From: Heterodontus francisci
Lineage: Eukaryota
NCBI RefSeq assembly: GCF_036365525.1
Contig: NC_090372.1
Span: 109,160,380 to 109,224,379 of the forward strand
DNA length: 64,000 bases
Direction of reading: 5' to 3'
The position numbers were made by a program, and so were the translations under genes. The notes under the pieces are model-generated. The model was not told the DNA's origin. It made no database searches and saw only the letters and a list, made by a program, of their open reading frames with translations. Shown here one piece after another: positions 11,400-23,464 of the stretch (position 1 is its first letter; the number at the start of each line of letters is the position of its first letter).

Positions 11400-12045
11400 C
11401 AAAGAGAGAGACAGTGGGATGGGGGGTGGGACAGAGAGAGAGAGGGCGGGCAGAGAGAGACAGAGAGAGAGGGGGAGAGAGAGAGACAGAGAGAGGGGGG
11501 AGAGAGAGAGACAGAGTGAGGGGGAAGAGAGAGTGACAGAAAGAGAGGGGGGAGAGAGAGAGACAGAAAGAGAGAGGGGAGAGAGAGAGAGACAAAGACA
11601 GGGGGGAGAGAGTGAGACAGAAAGAGAGGGGGGAGAGAGACAGAGTGAGGGGGGAGAGAGAGAGACAGAGTGAGGGGGGAGAGAGAGACAGAGTGAGGGG
11701 GAAGAGAGAGAGACAGAAAGAGGGGGAAGAGAGAGAGACAGAAAGAGAGTGGGGAGAGAGAGAGACAGTGAGGGGGAGAGAGAGAGAGACAGAGTGAGGG
11801 GGAAGAGAGAGAGACAGAAAGAGAGGGGNNNNNNNNNNNNNNNNNNNNNNNNNNNNNNNNNNNNNNNNNNNNNNNNNNNNNNNNNNNNNNNNNNNNNNNN
11901 NNNNNNNNNNNNNNNNNNNNNNNNNNNNNNNNNNNNNNNNNNNNNNNNNNNNNNNNNNNNNNNNNNNNNNNNNNNNNNNNNNNNNNNNNNNNNNNNNNNN
12001 NGAGCAGAGAAGGAGGATGGGGGGAGAGAAGGGGAAGAGAAAGAG
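11400..12045 (+). repeat. GA-rich compound microsatellite/minisatellite containing a 173-N assembly gap (11829-12001)
   Basis: Repeats of gagagagacagagtgagggg(g) flank the N run. Confidence 0.95.
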
Positions 12046-12104
12046 ATCAAGATCATTCCTGCCATTGGTGGACATCGATCTGGAATACTAGGTAAATCTG
12101 GTTC

Positions 12105-14055
12105 AAAGAAGAGTGCAGGAGGGCATGCCAGGAGCGGCACCAGGTATACCTAAAAATGAGGTGTCAGCCTGGTGAAGCTACAACACAGGGCTACCTGCAT
12201 GTCACACAGCAGAAGCAGCAAAAGACAGGGCTAAGCAATCCCACAACCAACAGATTAGATCTAAGCTCTGCAGTCCTGCACATCCAGTTGTGAATGGTGG
12301 TGGACAATTAAACAACTAGCCACAAATATCCCCATCCTCAACAATGGGGGAGCCCAACACATCAGTACAAAAGACAATGCTGAAGCATTTGCATCCATCC
12401 TCATCAGGAAGTGCCAAGTGAATGTTACATCGAGGCCTGCTGCTGAGGTCCCCAGCATCACAGATGCCAGTCTTCAGCCAATTCGATTCATTCCATGTGA
12501 TATCAAGAAACACCTGAAGGCACTTAATACCACAAAGGCTATGGGCCCTGACAACATTCCGGCAATAGTACTGAAGATTTGTGCTCCAGAACTAGCCACT
12601 CCCCTAGCCAAGCTGTCCCAGTACAGCTACAACACTGGCATCCACCTGGCAATGTGAAAAATTGTCCAGGTATGTCCTGTACACAAAAAACAGGACAAAT
12701 CCAACCCGGCCAATTACTGCCCAATCAGTCTCCTGTCAATCATCAGCAAAGTGATGGAAGGGGTCGTTGACCGTGTTATCAAGTGGCACTTGCACAGCAA
12801 TAACCTATTCACTGACACTGACTTTCGGTTCCGCCAGGGCCACTCAGGTCCTGACTACATTACAACCTTGGTCCAAATGTGGACAAAAGAGCTGAACTCC
12901 ACAGGGTGAGAGTGACTGCCCTTGACATCAAGGCAGCAAGGAGCCCAAGCAAAACTGGAGTCAATGGAATCAGGGTGAAAACTCTCCGCTGGTTGCATCA
13001 TACCTAGCACAAAGGAAGATGGTTGTGGTTGTTAGAGGTCAAACATCTCAGTTCCAGGACATCACTACAGGAGTTCTTCAGGGGAGTGTCCTAGGCCCAA
13101 CCATGTTCAGCTGCTTCATCAATGACCTTCCCTCCATCATAAGGTCAGAAGTGGGGATGTTCGCTGATGATTGCACAACGTTCAGCACCATTCGTGACTC
13201 CTCAGATACTGAAGCAGCCCGTGTCCAGATGCAGCAAGAACTGGACGACATCCAGCCTTGGGCTGATAAGTGGCAAGTAACATTCACACCACACAGGTGC
13301 CAGGCAATGACTATCTCAAAGAAGAGAGAATCTAACCATCTCTCCTTGATGTTCAATGGCATTACCATCACTAAATGCCCCACTATCAACATCCTGGGGT
13401 TGCCATTGACCAGAAACTGAACTGAACCAGCTATATAAATACTGTGGCTACAAGAGCAGGTCAGAGGCCAGGAATTCTGTTGTGAGTAACTCATCTCCTG
13501 ACTCGCCAAAGCCTGTCCACCATCTACAAGGCACAAGTCAGGCGTGTGATGGAATACTCTCCACATGCCTAGATGGGTGCAGCTCCAACAACACTCAAGA
13601 AGCTTGACACCATCCAGGATAAAGCAGCTTGCTTGATTGGCACCCCATCCACAAACATTCACTCCCTCTACTACTGAAGCACAGTGGCAGCAGTGTGTAC
13701 CATCTACAAGATGCACTGCAGCAATGCCCCCAAGGCTACTCAGGCAGCACTTTCCAAACCCGCGACCTCTACCACCTAGTAGGACAAGAACAGCAGATGC
13801 ATGGGAACGTCACCACTTGCAAGTTCCCCTCCAAGCCACACACCATCCTGACTTGGGACTATATCGCCGTTCCTTCACTGTTGTTGGGTCAAATTCCTAG
13901 AACTCCCTTCCTAACTGTGGGTGTACCTACCCCACATGGACTGCAGCAGTTCAAGAAGGCATCTCACCACCACCTTCTCATGGGAAATTAGGGATGGGCA
14001 ATAAATGCTGGCCTGGCCAGCGACGCCCACATCCCATGAAATTAATTTTTTTTTA
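12105..14055 (+). mobile_element. CR1-group LINE (second family), 5'-truncated ORF2 RT plus 3' tail
   Basis: KAMGPDNIPAIVLK..., GVLQGSVLGPTMFSCFINDLP...MFADD, and a tail ending cccacatcccatgaa. Confidence 0.9.
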
Positions 14056-14649
14056 AATTCCAAAGTTTTTTTACCGGCCCCCTGTGTAGGACAAAAATTG
14101 TAAGTGGCCCCCCACTCGAAAAAGTTGGACACCCCTGCCCTACATCTTTCCCACTAATTGGTGTCCTATAGACTACACTGAGCAATGTAATTGCACCTTT
14201 TTTGTTTCTTAGCTCTAGCTAATTAAGGATCCAAATATGGCAGTTTTTTCTGACATTAGTTTAAAACAGTTGTATTACTCGGGATGCTTGCTGAGTTATT
14301 CCATTCTTATGTCATCTGTACAGTAACCAAAATCTTTTGTAGATGTTTATCTTAATAAATATGGTTGGAGGTAATCCCAGCAGTGTTTTTTCATAAGTTT
14401 GGCAAACCTGTTACACCCAAGAGCACTAGATTGCCTAGATTTGACTATAACTGGAAGGGCAGTCTGCTTAAGCTATGGCTGCATCGTCCCTGGTGATGGT
14501 GAATTGGCAGCCGTTTTATATCTCTCCTGATTTATTTCTGTTGCAGTCAGATGAAGGGCAACATCCATTTTACACTCTCACACAAAGTCAAAATCTACCC
14601 CTCTGTTACTAAATCTAATTTAAGTTATTTTTAAACTGTTTATATGATT

Positions 14650-15060
14650 GCCAAAGTGACACAGAGGTACTCTTCTCCCATAATAATGAGTGGTTCCAGC
14701 ATTTCTTGTTTTTATTTCACTCTTCTCCCAGTTCCCCCAGTTTACATCTGCAGTCTTCACTCCTCTCCCCCAGTTCAATCCTTGCATTTTTCCTCCCCCA
14801 CCAGATCTTCATCACACTGATTCTTTGATTCTCCACCTTCCTAGTTCACAAAGCCACTTTTCTCAGATTCTCCCTTTCAACTTCCATTCCTTCAGTTCAC
14901 GTAAGTATCCTTCACTGATTCTCCATCCTTACCTCTTTACTGCACTGAGATAATACTCCAATTCTTCCACCCCACTCCAAAGTTCATGATGTAGCCTTCT
15001 TTAATTCTGTTCCTCCCCTCAGTTCACAGAGGTAATCTCTTCTGATTCTTTACTTATCTT
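14650..15060 (+). repeat. Degenerate pyrimidine-rich tandem repeat with a short Penelope-type fragment (14687-14720)
   Basis: Recurrent cagttcac/ctgattct units. tgagtggttccagcatttcttgtttttatttca is identical to 23335-23368. Confidence 0.55.
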
Positions 15061-15905
15061 AGAGAAGCTTCTTTCGGAAAATAATGGGATACAGCATATG
15101 AGGAATTGAGACATGTAGTCAGTGTGGTATGCTTGGAAGGAAAAAGGTGACGTTGGATCTTTGATTTGCAAAGAATTCCACAACTAGGGTTTTCGTCGTG
15201 TTATGTCTGGGTCTGCTGCAGACTGATTGATAGAGATTGATTGCTGTGAGTGGTCAACAACTCTATTATCATTGTATCATACAACTGTTGGGATGGTCTT
15301 TTTTGTCATCTTTTGCCCCCTTTTTTCTGGTGATTTTGGGCAGGATAGTAAAGGAAATCAAGCTGTAAATCTGAAATACTGGGCTGGATTTTATCCGGTC
15401 AATGGGAGTGGAGCTGTGGGAATCTGAAAAATCAATCAAATCTGCCATGTTAGATTCGAAGATGTTACACAAAAATACACCCGCAGGCTCATCAACACTT
15501 GCCTGATCACAGTCAGGTACCCTCAAACACATACCCAAATTGTGGGGGTACCCATGGATTCAAGACACCATGTCCGGCACAAGGGAAAAAGTACAACTCA
15601 TGCTTAAAGATGAATCACTTTGCAAAGGTATGCAGGTCATTGAAGGAGAAGACTTTGTCAGTTCGACACATGGAGGAACCTATTCCTGAGAGCAAAATAC
15701 AGTTTGTGTATACCATAGTGGACAGTAAAGAGACTGATTCCATGGATGGGGGTCACTTCAAGGATTGCACAGTTAGGACTGTGGGCATTTCAGTGTCGCT
15801 CCTCATTGATGTGGGTGCGAAAATATTCATATTAAGCAAAAAATATTAATTTTTGCCACTTTCTCTCCTGTGACAGACACTTTTCAACCTTACAATGACT
15901 ACGAT

Positions 15906-18138
15906 GTGGCTAAAAATAGAAGTTAAAGATTGCATTAGATGAAAGGTTGCCTTATAAGGTTGTCAGAAAAAGTGGTAAGCCCAACAGTTTAGAATCCAGC
16001 AAAGGAGGACCAAGAAACTGTTAAAGAAAGAGAACAGAGAATATGAATGCAAGCCAGCTAGAAGCATAAAGACGGACTGTAAAAGCTTCTTTAGCTATGT
16101 GAAAAGGAAAAGATTGGCAAGGACAAATGTGGGTCCTTTACAGGTGGAGGCAGGAGAATTTGTGGTGGAGAATGGGGAAATGGTGGAGAGACTGAACAAT
16201 TACTTGGTGTCTGTCTTCACGGAGGAAGATACAGAAAATATTCCAGAAATATTAGGGAACCAAGGGACTTGTAAAAATGAGGAACTGAGAAAATTAATAT
16301 AAATAAGGAGGCAGTACTCGAAAAATTAACTGGATTGAAAGTTGATGAATCCCCTAGATCAGATGAGCTACATCCCAGAGTATTGAAGGAGGTGGCTATA
16401 GAGATAGTGGATGCATTGGTGGTTATCTTTCAAAATTCTATAGATTCTGGAAGGGTTCCTGCAGACTGGAAAGTAACAAATGTAACCCCACTATTTAAGA
16501 AGGGAGTGAGAGAGAAAACGGAGAACTACAGCCCTCTTTTTTTGATGTCAGTAATCCATAAAATGTTAGAATCTGTAATAAAGGATGTGATAACTGGGCA
16601 CTTGGAAAATAATTATATGATTAGGCGAAGTCAACATGGATTTATGAAAGGAAATCATGTTTGACAAACCTGTTGGAGTTTTTTGAGGATGTTATTTGTA
16701 GCATAGATAAAGGAGAACCAGTGGATGTGATGTATTTGGATTTTCAAAAGGCTTTTGATAAGTTCCCACACAGGAGGTTAGTGAACAAAATTAGAGCATA
16801 TGAGATGGGGATAATATACTCAATGGATTGAGAAATGGTTAACAGTCAGAAAGCAGAAAGTAGCAATAAACAGGTCATTCCCAGGATGGCAGGCTGTTTT
16901 TGGTGAGGTACCACAAGGATCAATGCCTGGGCCACAGTTGTTCACAATCTATATAAATGATTTGGATATGGGGATCAAATGTAATATTTCCAAATTTGCT
17001 GATGACACTAAACTAGGTGGGGATGTAAGTTGTGAGGAGCATGCAAGGAAGCTTCAAGAAGACTTGGACAGGCTAAGTGAATGGGCAAGAACATGGTAGA
17101 TGGAATATAATGTTTAGTTTAGTTTAGAGATACAGCACTTAAACAGGCCCTTCGGCCCACCGAGTCTGTGCCGACCATCAACCACCCATTTTTACTAATC
17201 CTACACTAATCCCGTATTCCTATCACATCCCCACCTGTCCCTATATATTTCCCTACCACCTACCTATACTAGGGGCAATTTATAATGGCCAATTAACCTA
17301 ACAACCTGCAAGTCTTTGGCAGAAAATGTGAATTGTGAGGTGATCCACTTTGGCAGAAAAAACAGAAAGGCAAAGTATTTCTTAAATGGTGAGAGGTTGG
17401 GAAGTGTTGATGTCCAAAGGGACCTGGGTGCCCTTGTTCACGAGTCACTAAAAACTAGTATGCAGGTGCCCCAAGCAATTAGGAAGGCAAATGGTATGTT
17501 GGCCTTCATTGCAAGGGGATTTGAGTACAGGAGTAAAGATGTCTTCCTGCAATTGTATAGAGCCTTGGTGAGACAGCACCTGAAGCATTGTGTACAATTT
17601 TGGTCTCCTCATCTAAGGAAGGATATACTTGCCATAGAGGGAGTGCAGCGGAAGTTCACCAGACTAATTCCTGGGGTGGCGGGATTGTCTTAAGAGGAGA
17701 GATTGCAGAAACTGGGCCTGTATTATCTAGAGTTTCATAGAATGAGAGCTGATCTCAGTGAAACTTACAAAATTCTTACAGGGCGTGACAGGTTGGATGT
17801 GGGTAGGATGTTTCCTCGGGCTGGCGAGTCTAGAACCAGGAGACACATTCTGAGAATAAGGGGCAGGCCATTTAAGATTGAGATGAAGAGGAATTTGTTT
17901 ACTCAGAGGGTGGTGAATCTTTGGAATTCTCTACCCCAGAGGGCTGTGGAAGCTCAATCATTGAGCATGTTCATGACAGAAATCAATAGATTTCTGGATA
18001 CTAATCACATTCAGGGATATGGGGATAGTGGGGAGAAATGGCATAGAGATAGTGATCAGCCATGATTTGTTTGAATGGTAGAGCCGTTTTGATGGGCTGA
18101 ATGGCCTACTCCTGCTCCTATTTCCTATGTTCCTATGA
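15906..18138 (+). mobile_element. CR1 LINE (HER1-like), ORF2 RT and 3' UTR, disrupted
   Basis: DELHPRVLKEVAIEIVDAL...PADWKVTNVTPLFKKG...SQHGFMKG, KFADDTKLG and CVQFWSPHLRKD. The 3' end is ggcctactcctgctcctatttcctatgttcctatg. Confidence 0.92.
17114..17320 (-). mobile_element. 3' half of V-SINE (HE1-like) nested in CR1
   Basis: Reverse complement of 58440-58625 with a (ctaaa)n tail, flanked by aatgt repeats. Confidence 0.85.
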
Positions 18139-18649
18139 CTCGATTATCTCGGTCTTCGGAACGATCACAGTTCCAGCGTGCTACAGAAATGTCAACCTAG
18201 ACAAGTTCATGTTCTATGTGGCCAAAGGCAGGAGGGTAGACCTATCCGATAAGCTTGACTTCAAATTTGCAGACCCCACCAGAGCACACATTAATGTGAT
18301 TGATGATACAGACACTGCACAACAGTATCATTCCTTATTCACCGGATTTGGGGAGATTAAGGGGTACTGTTATACTCCACGCGTTGACATGTCAATTCTG
18401 CCTTTTTCACAAAATTTGACATGGTTGCCAATCGCAATCCACACCGAAGTATCACAAGATCTGAAATGGCCTGAAACAGAAGGTATCATTGAGTAAATCA
18501 ACTCATTCCTACGGATATCAAACATAGTCATTGCAAAACGCAAAAATGGAGAACTTAGACTATGCGTTTACCTTAAGTCGGTCAACAAAACAATTATTTC
18601 AGAGAAGTACCCACTCCCTATGATCCAAGAACCTGAAGAGCAACAGAAC

Positions 18650-20100
18650 ACTTATGCTTTTGGCAGCCCCTTGTCCCCTGATGGGATCTCCCTCAATGGC
18701 TCTTCCCCATGTCCACATAATAAGGGGTGAACTCTGAAAGAAGGTGGCCTGTCGCCGAGATGCCGCCACACATCTGACAGGATGTGGTGATGCCTCACCC
18801 CCTTGCCAGTGCCTTTGTAGTCACTCCCTCCACATTTTAGCATTCCCTCCTGCATAGCCACATGCAAGCCCCAAAGAGGAGATGGGTATGGAGGCCTCAA
18901 CTTGGCGGAGTAAAGGAGGTCATTGACTCTCTTGTGCCACTGGACCAGTTTTGGAGGGTGGCCCCACAGTTGCTGACCTCCTCTGTGATCTCCATCCAGT
19001 CTTGCTTCTCATGCGGGAGGATCTCATTTTGCCACCCCTTGGAAAGAGGGCCTCCCATCTTTCCCTTGCAGCCTAGAGGAGAATCTACTGGGAAGCATCG
19101 CTAAACCATGAAACCATCCAGTGCCTTGCCTCGGACATGGTCCCAGTTGGCTCCCGGTCTGCTGGTCGGTCCGCAGTTCTGGTGCATGACGCAGTGGGGT
19201 GCAGGAGTTGCAGTAATAGTAGAAGGGGGTCCAGAAGCAGCAGCAGCAGTGGTAAGGGGGGTGGGCGTGGTCCAGGAGTTGCAGCAACAGCAGCAGTGGT
19301 GGAGAGGGATCCAGGAGTTACAGCAGCAGTATTAGTACAGGGGGATTCAGGAGGTACAGCAGCAGCATTAGTAGAGTGAGATCTAGGAGTTACAGCAGCA
19401 GCATTAGTAGAGGGGGATCCAGGAGTTACAGCAGCAGCATTAGTAGAGCGAGATCTAGGAGTTACAGCAGCAGCATTAGTAGAGCGAGATCCAGGAGTTA
19501 CAGCAGCAGCATTAGTAGAGCGAGATCCAGGAGTTACAGCAGCAGCATTAGTAGAGCGAGATCCAGGAGTTACAGCAGCAGCATTAGTAGAGCGAGATCC
19601 AGGAGTTACAGCTGCAGCATTAGTAGAGCGAGATCCAGGAGTTATAGCAGCAGCATTAGTAAAGGGGATCCGGAGTTACAGCAGCAGCATTAGTAGAGCG
19701 AGATCCAGGAGTTATAGCAGCAGCATTATTAGAGGAGGATCCAGGAGTTACAGCAGCAGCAGTGGTAGAGGGGAATCCAGGAGTTACAGCAGCAGTAGGA
19801 GTAAAGAGGAGTCCAGGCTTTACAACAGCAGCTCAGTCATGGAGGGTGGTCCAGGAGTTACAGCAGTAGTGGAAACAAGTCCAGCAGCACTCCAGATTCA
19901 CTGCATCAGTCAAAGGCAGCAATACAAGAAGCGCTGGCAGTGCTTTAAAGATGGTGCCAGCGCCTGTGTTCTGGCATCTGACACTGCCATCAGTGCCGGG
20001 TAGCCCACCCCTGTCCTGCAATAGGATGGATCCTGCACCTCTTTATGTTAATTGGCCGTCTGCCACATGATGACATGACAAAGTTCAGCTCACTATCCAC
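18650..20100 (-). mobile_element. Harbinger Myb/SANT gene remnant and leader, paralogous to 5340-6000
   Basis: Minus strand 19130-18900 (tggtttagcgatgcttcc...ctggatggagatcacagaggaggtcagc...gtcaatgacctccttt) aligns with 5596-5785. Leader 19900-20030 matches 5350-5470. Confidence 0.8.
19190..19900 (+). repeat. 36-bp minisatellite (gatccaggagttacagcagcagcattagtagagcga)n
   Basis: Near-perfect units at ~19380-19760 with degenerate units on both sides. Explains the RSRSYSSSISRA ORF. Confidence 0.95.
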
Positions 20101-20656
20101 AAAATGTATGGATAGTTGGCATGTGTGGCCAGTCGTTGGAGCATTGGAGTTAATATATAATTTGTTTCCAAAAATAGTGTTGGTTTAGATATATTGTCAG
20201 AGATCTTTTAACAATACTGATTAGAAATCTCAAAATATAATGTTTTAGTATGCACTTCCTCCAACTTGATGGTTTATGTGACACCATATGATTTTTAATC
20301 TTCTAAAAATAACCTCTTCATTCTGTACATAATGGCAGTTCCTTGCTGGGATAGGTTGTAATGCCACTGTTATTAATGGGAATGAACTTGCAAAATCAAT
20401 GTTTTAAGGTTTCAACAATGTTCCACCCGACCAGCACAATTAGCGCAGGAAATTTTGGCATGGCATAAAAACTGGCATAAATCTCTTACACAGAATATAT
20501 ACAGCATAGAAACAGGCCATTTGGCCGAACTAGTCTGTGCTAGTGTTTATACTCCACACGAGTCTCCTCACAGGAGATAAATAGGCTCCTAAATCATCCA
20601 CCATTCACCATCTTTTTGGTGTTGGCCAAATTTTCCTCGCTATGCTGCACACAAAA

Positions 20657-20786
20657 TGAGAAGGGTCACTGACCCGAAACATTAACTTTGCTTCAATTTC
20701 CACAGATGCTGCCAGACCTGCTGAGTGGTTCCAGCATTTCTTGTTTTTATTTCAGATTTCCAGCATCCGTAGTATTTTGCTTTTAC
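20657..20786 (+). mobile_element. Penelope-like element terminal fragment (partial hammerhead motif)
   Basis: agggtcactgacccgaaac...cacagatgctgccagacctgctgagt...cagcatccgtagtattttgctttt, near-identical to 23275-23400. Confidence 0.75.
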
Positions 20787-22405
20787 AAAATGATGTGGTT
20801 GCTTTGCTGATTGTTGTACTGCTTGTGGCAGCTGCTTCCACTGTGGTCGTGGCTCTCATACGTCTAGTGGACAGGGCCACTGTAATGGTGGATGTTACTC
20901 CAGGGCCACTAGATGTCACTGTAGTTGCTATGGTCTTGCAATCCTGCAAAGTTGGCTGCAGTGGCAGGGTTTCAAACTCTGGAGAGTGCGTAGTTAGAAT
21001 GTCACTGGCTGCCTTTTTTGATTCCTTCTGTCTTACACTATGATTTCTGGAACTTCTGTGCTAGAATAATGGTGTATGCTGTAGATGTGCTATTGTCAAC
21101 AAATTCAGGGCCAGTTATTCCTGCATCATCACATTTAATGATGGTCCTCTCTTACAGCATAGAACCTGCCCTAAATTGGAAATTTCAGGTGTAAATAGTG
21201 AATTGACTATCGTAGCCAGTGTTTTCATAATTTTCTTTTCACAATGGTCCACCAACCTTGCCTTGGGTGAGGAGATCTAAATGTTACCCTTTATATTTTT
21301 ACAGTTCCTATTTCATTTCAACAAGGCTGCTATCAACTTTTTCAAATACATCTGTCCTTAATCTGTCAAATAGGACTGTTGGCTTTTTCTTAAATTGAGG
21401 CAGTCTTATGCCTGATGGATCAGTCTTAGGCATCACCTGTCTTGTCATTAATAGGATGTCTGAAATAATACTTAATCAACTTATTCATCCTTGAATCTTT
21501 CAGAGTTTACATTTCACTGTAGTCCTCACCCCCATCCCTTTGAAATCCAATGGCTTAATTGAGGTGGGCATAGGCTCTGTAACCAACAGCCCATGCTGGA
21601 ACCCCCAGTGTTAGTCTGGACCATATATATGTAGGTCCAATCAAATTTGTGGCCTATCCACCACATTCCCACTGAAGTTAGGGAAGAAGAGTGAGGGAAG
21701 TGATGCAGGTTTTAGCCCCCATATATATATTTATTATGGTAGTGAGATTCTTGAGGGTCTGTTCCTCCAGCATAAATACAATCCCAGCTCAGCTGGTGTG
21801 AGATCCCCTGAGGCCTTTCAAGGCTGTAACGGGATTGAAGATCCATCTATAGAGGGTGGAGGAGAGGGCGGATGGAAGATCCATCCTCCCATGAATCCCA
21901 TGACTGATTCTATCCCATTATTCTTGGCATCCCTGAGAGGAAAATTGGGCTTCTTTCTTATCCAGCTCCAAGTGTTCAGGGGCTTACATATTTCTAGGCA
22001 TGTATTGAAAATAATTTTTAAAAATTAGATTTTCGAGTTTTTGGGATGTTATAATGCAATGAGAGAAAAATGGTCAGACCATCATCATACTGTTGTCAAT
22101 GACTAGGAGATAGTTGTCATCTACTCTTTCTAAATTATTACTGGAAGAATGCAAAGATCTATTGACACTTTAAAATGGATTTTAACAAACAAATTGTTCC
22201 AAGAAACCCCCCCCCCCCCCCCCCCACACACAATGGGACAAGTGGCTACTACTCACCATTCAGAGTACACATTCTCCTTTAAGGCTGATACCTTTTTTAA
22301 TAATTTCAAGTTATTAAAGGAAGCATAAGTTGAATGATGGGTTTTTGTTGTTGCCTCTAATGTATAAAGCAACATGTAATACTTTTTCTTCCTTTAAACT
22401 GTTAG

Positions 22406-22561
22406 CTTCAAAACCTGTTGTCAACAAGCTGTGTACTGGACCCACACCAAACACCACCAAGTTGTGCCAGATTGCCTGTCCCACCGAATGTGAAGTGTCA
22501 TCCTGGACTGCTTGGGGACCGTGTACCTATGAAAATTGTGATGATCCACAAGGAAAGAAAG
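22406..22561 (+). CDS. THSD7A: THSD7A internal coding exon (156 nt) with GC donor
   Basis: Acceptor tttaaactgttag|. Translates as (A)SKPVVNKLCTGPTPNTTKLCQIACPTECEVSSWTAWGPCTYENCDDPQGKK(G). The donor AAG|gcatgt keeps frame with the next exon. Confidence 0.93.
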
Positions 22562-23261
22562 GCATGTGGCATCTATCATTAGCAGGATTGTAACAAATAT
22601 ATCAGATATTACTTATTAAAATTTTAATGAAATATTAGACAGCATAAATGCTGGGGATAGATGCATTCCAGACAACTGAGGGAACCAGCCTTAAAACAGT
22701 AGCTTTAAAACATACACATTTGAATGATTTTTTTTGTGTGTTTTTATTCCTTTTACTATTTGTTTTAACCATGGGAGTAGATCTCTGTGCAGTAAGTTTA
22801 TCAAATTTGTAAATATGTTCTTAATAAATGAGTTTAAGATTTCAAAACAGCTAGTGCACAGAGGAAATCTCCTATTTTTCAAACTACATGGGAAAAAGAT
22901 ATTTTTAAGAAGTAGATTCCTGTTAAAAGAAAAACAATTTGTCCAGATTCTTTTGAAAAGACTCAGATGTTTTTCTACATACTTTAATAGGGTCTAAATA
23001 AATGCAATGATGAAATAATGTAGATAATGCAAATGCTTCAGACAACCACTTATTGTATCAGTGTAGAATTTATGAGTTTAAATTAGCTACTGATACTAAC
23101 TAGAGCCCTATTTATATAACACTTTATTTGATAGGATCCACCCTAATGAGCCTATGTAATTACATATTCTGTTGAAGACTTCACTTGGGTATTGAGAGTA
23201 AAAGAAGATTAATACAAGGGATTGTGTAGACTAAACTGCACAAGGCTGCTTTCTATTATTC

Positions 23262-23400
23262 CCAGTTCCGATGAAGGGTCACTGACCCGAAACGTTAACT
23301 CTGCTTCTCTTTCCACAGATGCTGCCAGACCTGCTGAGTGGTTCCAGCATTTCTTGTTTTTATTTCAGATTTCCAGCATCCGCAGTATTTTGCTTTTATT
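23262..23400 (+). mobile_element. Penelope-like element terminal fragment with hammerhead-ribozyme-like core
   Basis: agtt-CCGATGA-a-gggtc-act-gaccc-GAAAC-GTT-aact at 23264-23300, followed by the conserved terminal sequence. Confidence 0.75.
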
Positions 23401-23464
23401 CTATTATTCCCTGTTTGTTTTGTATAGAGGAAAATGAAATAAGTAAAATTATTCTTTCCTGTAG

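Larger units (their letters stand above)
11066..14137. mobile_element. Second hAT (Charlie-like) element, related to 9001-10431, inserted in CR1 and containing a LINE
   Basis: TIRs cagggctggccaa / ttggacacccctg. TSD ctctgcat (11058-11065) vs ccctacat (14138-14145), 6/8 match. Has the same internal palindrome and GA tract as the first copy. Confidence 0.8.
15430..18635 (+). mobile_element. Ty3/Gypsy internal remnant (gag zinc knuckle, protease, start of RT), split by a CR1 insertion
   Basis: PNCGGTH...CPAQGKKYNSCLKMNHFAKVCRS and LLIDVGAK (protease D-T/S-G site degenerate). After 18136: GEIKGY...GIIE...NIVIAKRKNGELRLCV.LKSVNKTIISEKYPLP. Confidence 0.8.

Noticed and set aside
9757-12153. Long ORFs (up to 376 aa) rich in ER/RE or SL/LS
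   Set aside because: They are translations of GA/TC microsatellites, and some run through the N gap. They are not genes.
19376-19693. RS-rich ORF resembling an SR splicing protein; array superficially CRISPR-like
   Set aside because: It is a head-to-tail 36-bp minisatellite with no unique spacers, no cas genes and no RRM, and it lies inside a TE leader.
22207-22225. C19 homopolymer 180 bp upstream of an exon
   Set aside because: It is a simple homopolymer of uncertain length with no evidence of function.
22330-22593. 87-aa ORF as a standalone gene
   Set aside because: Only 22406-22561 is exon. The flanks are intron read-through.
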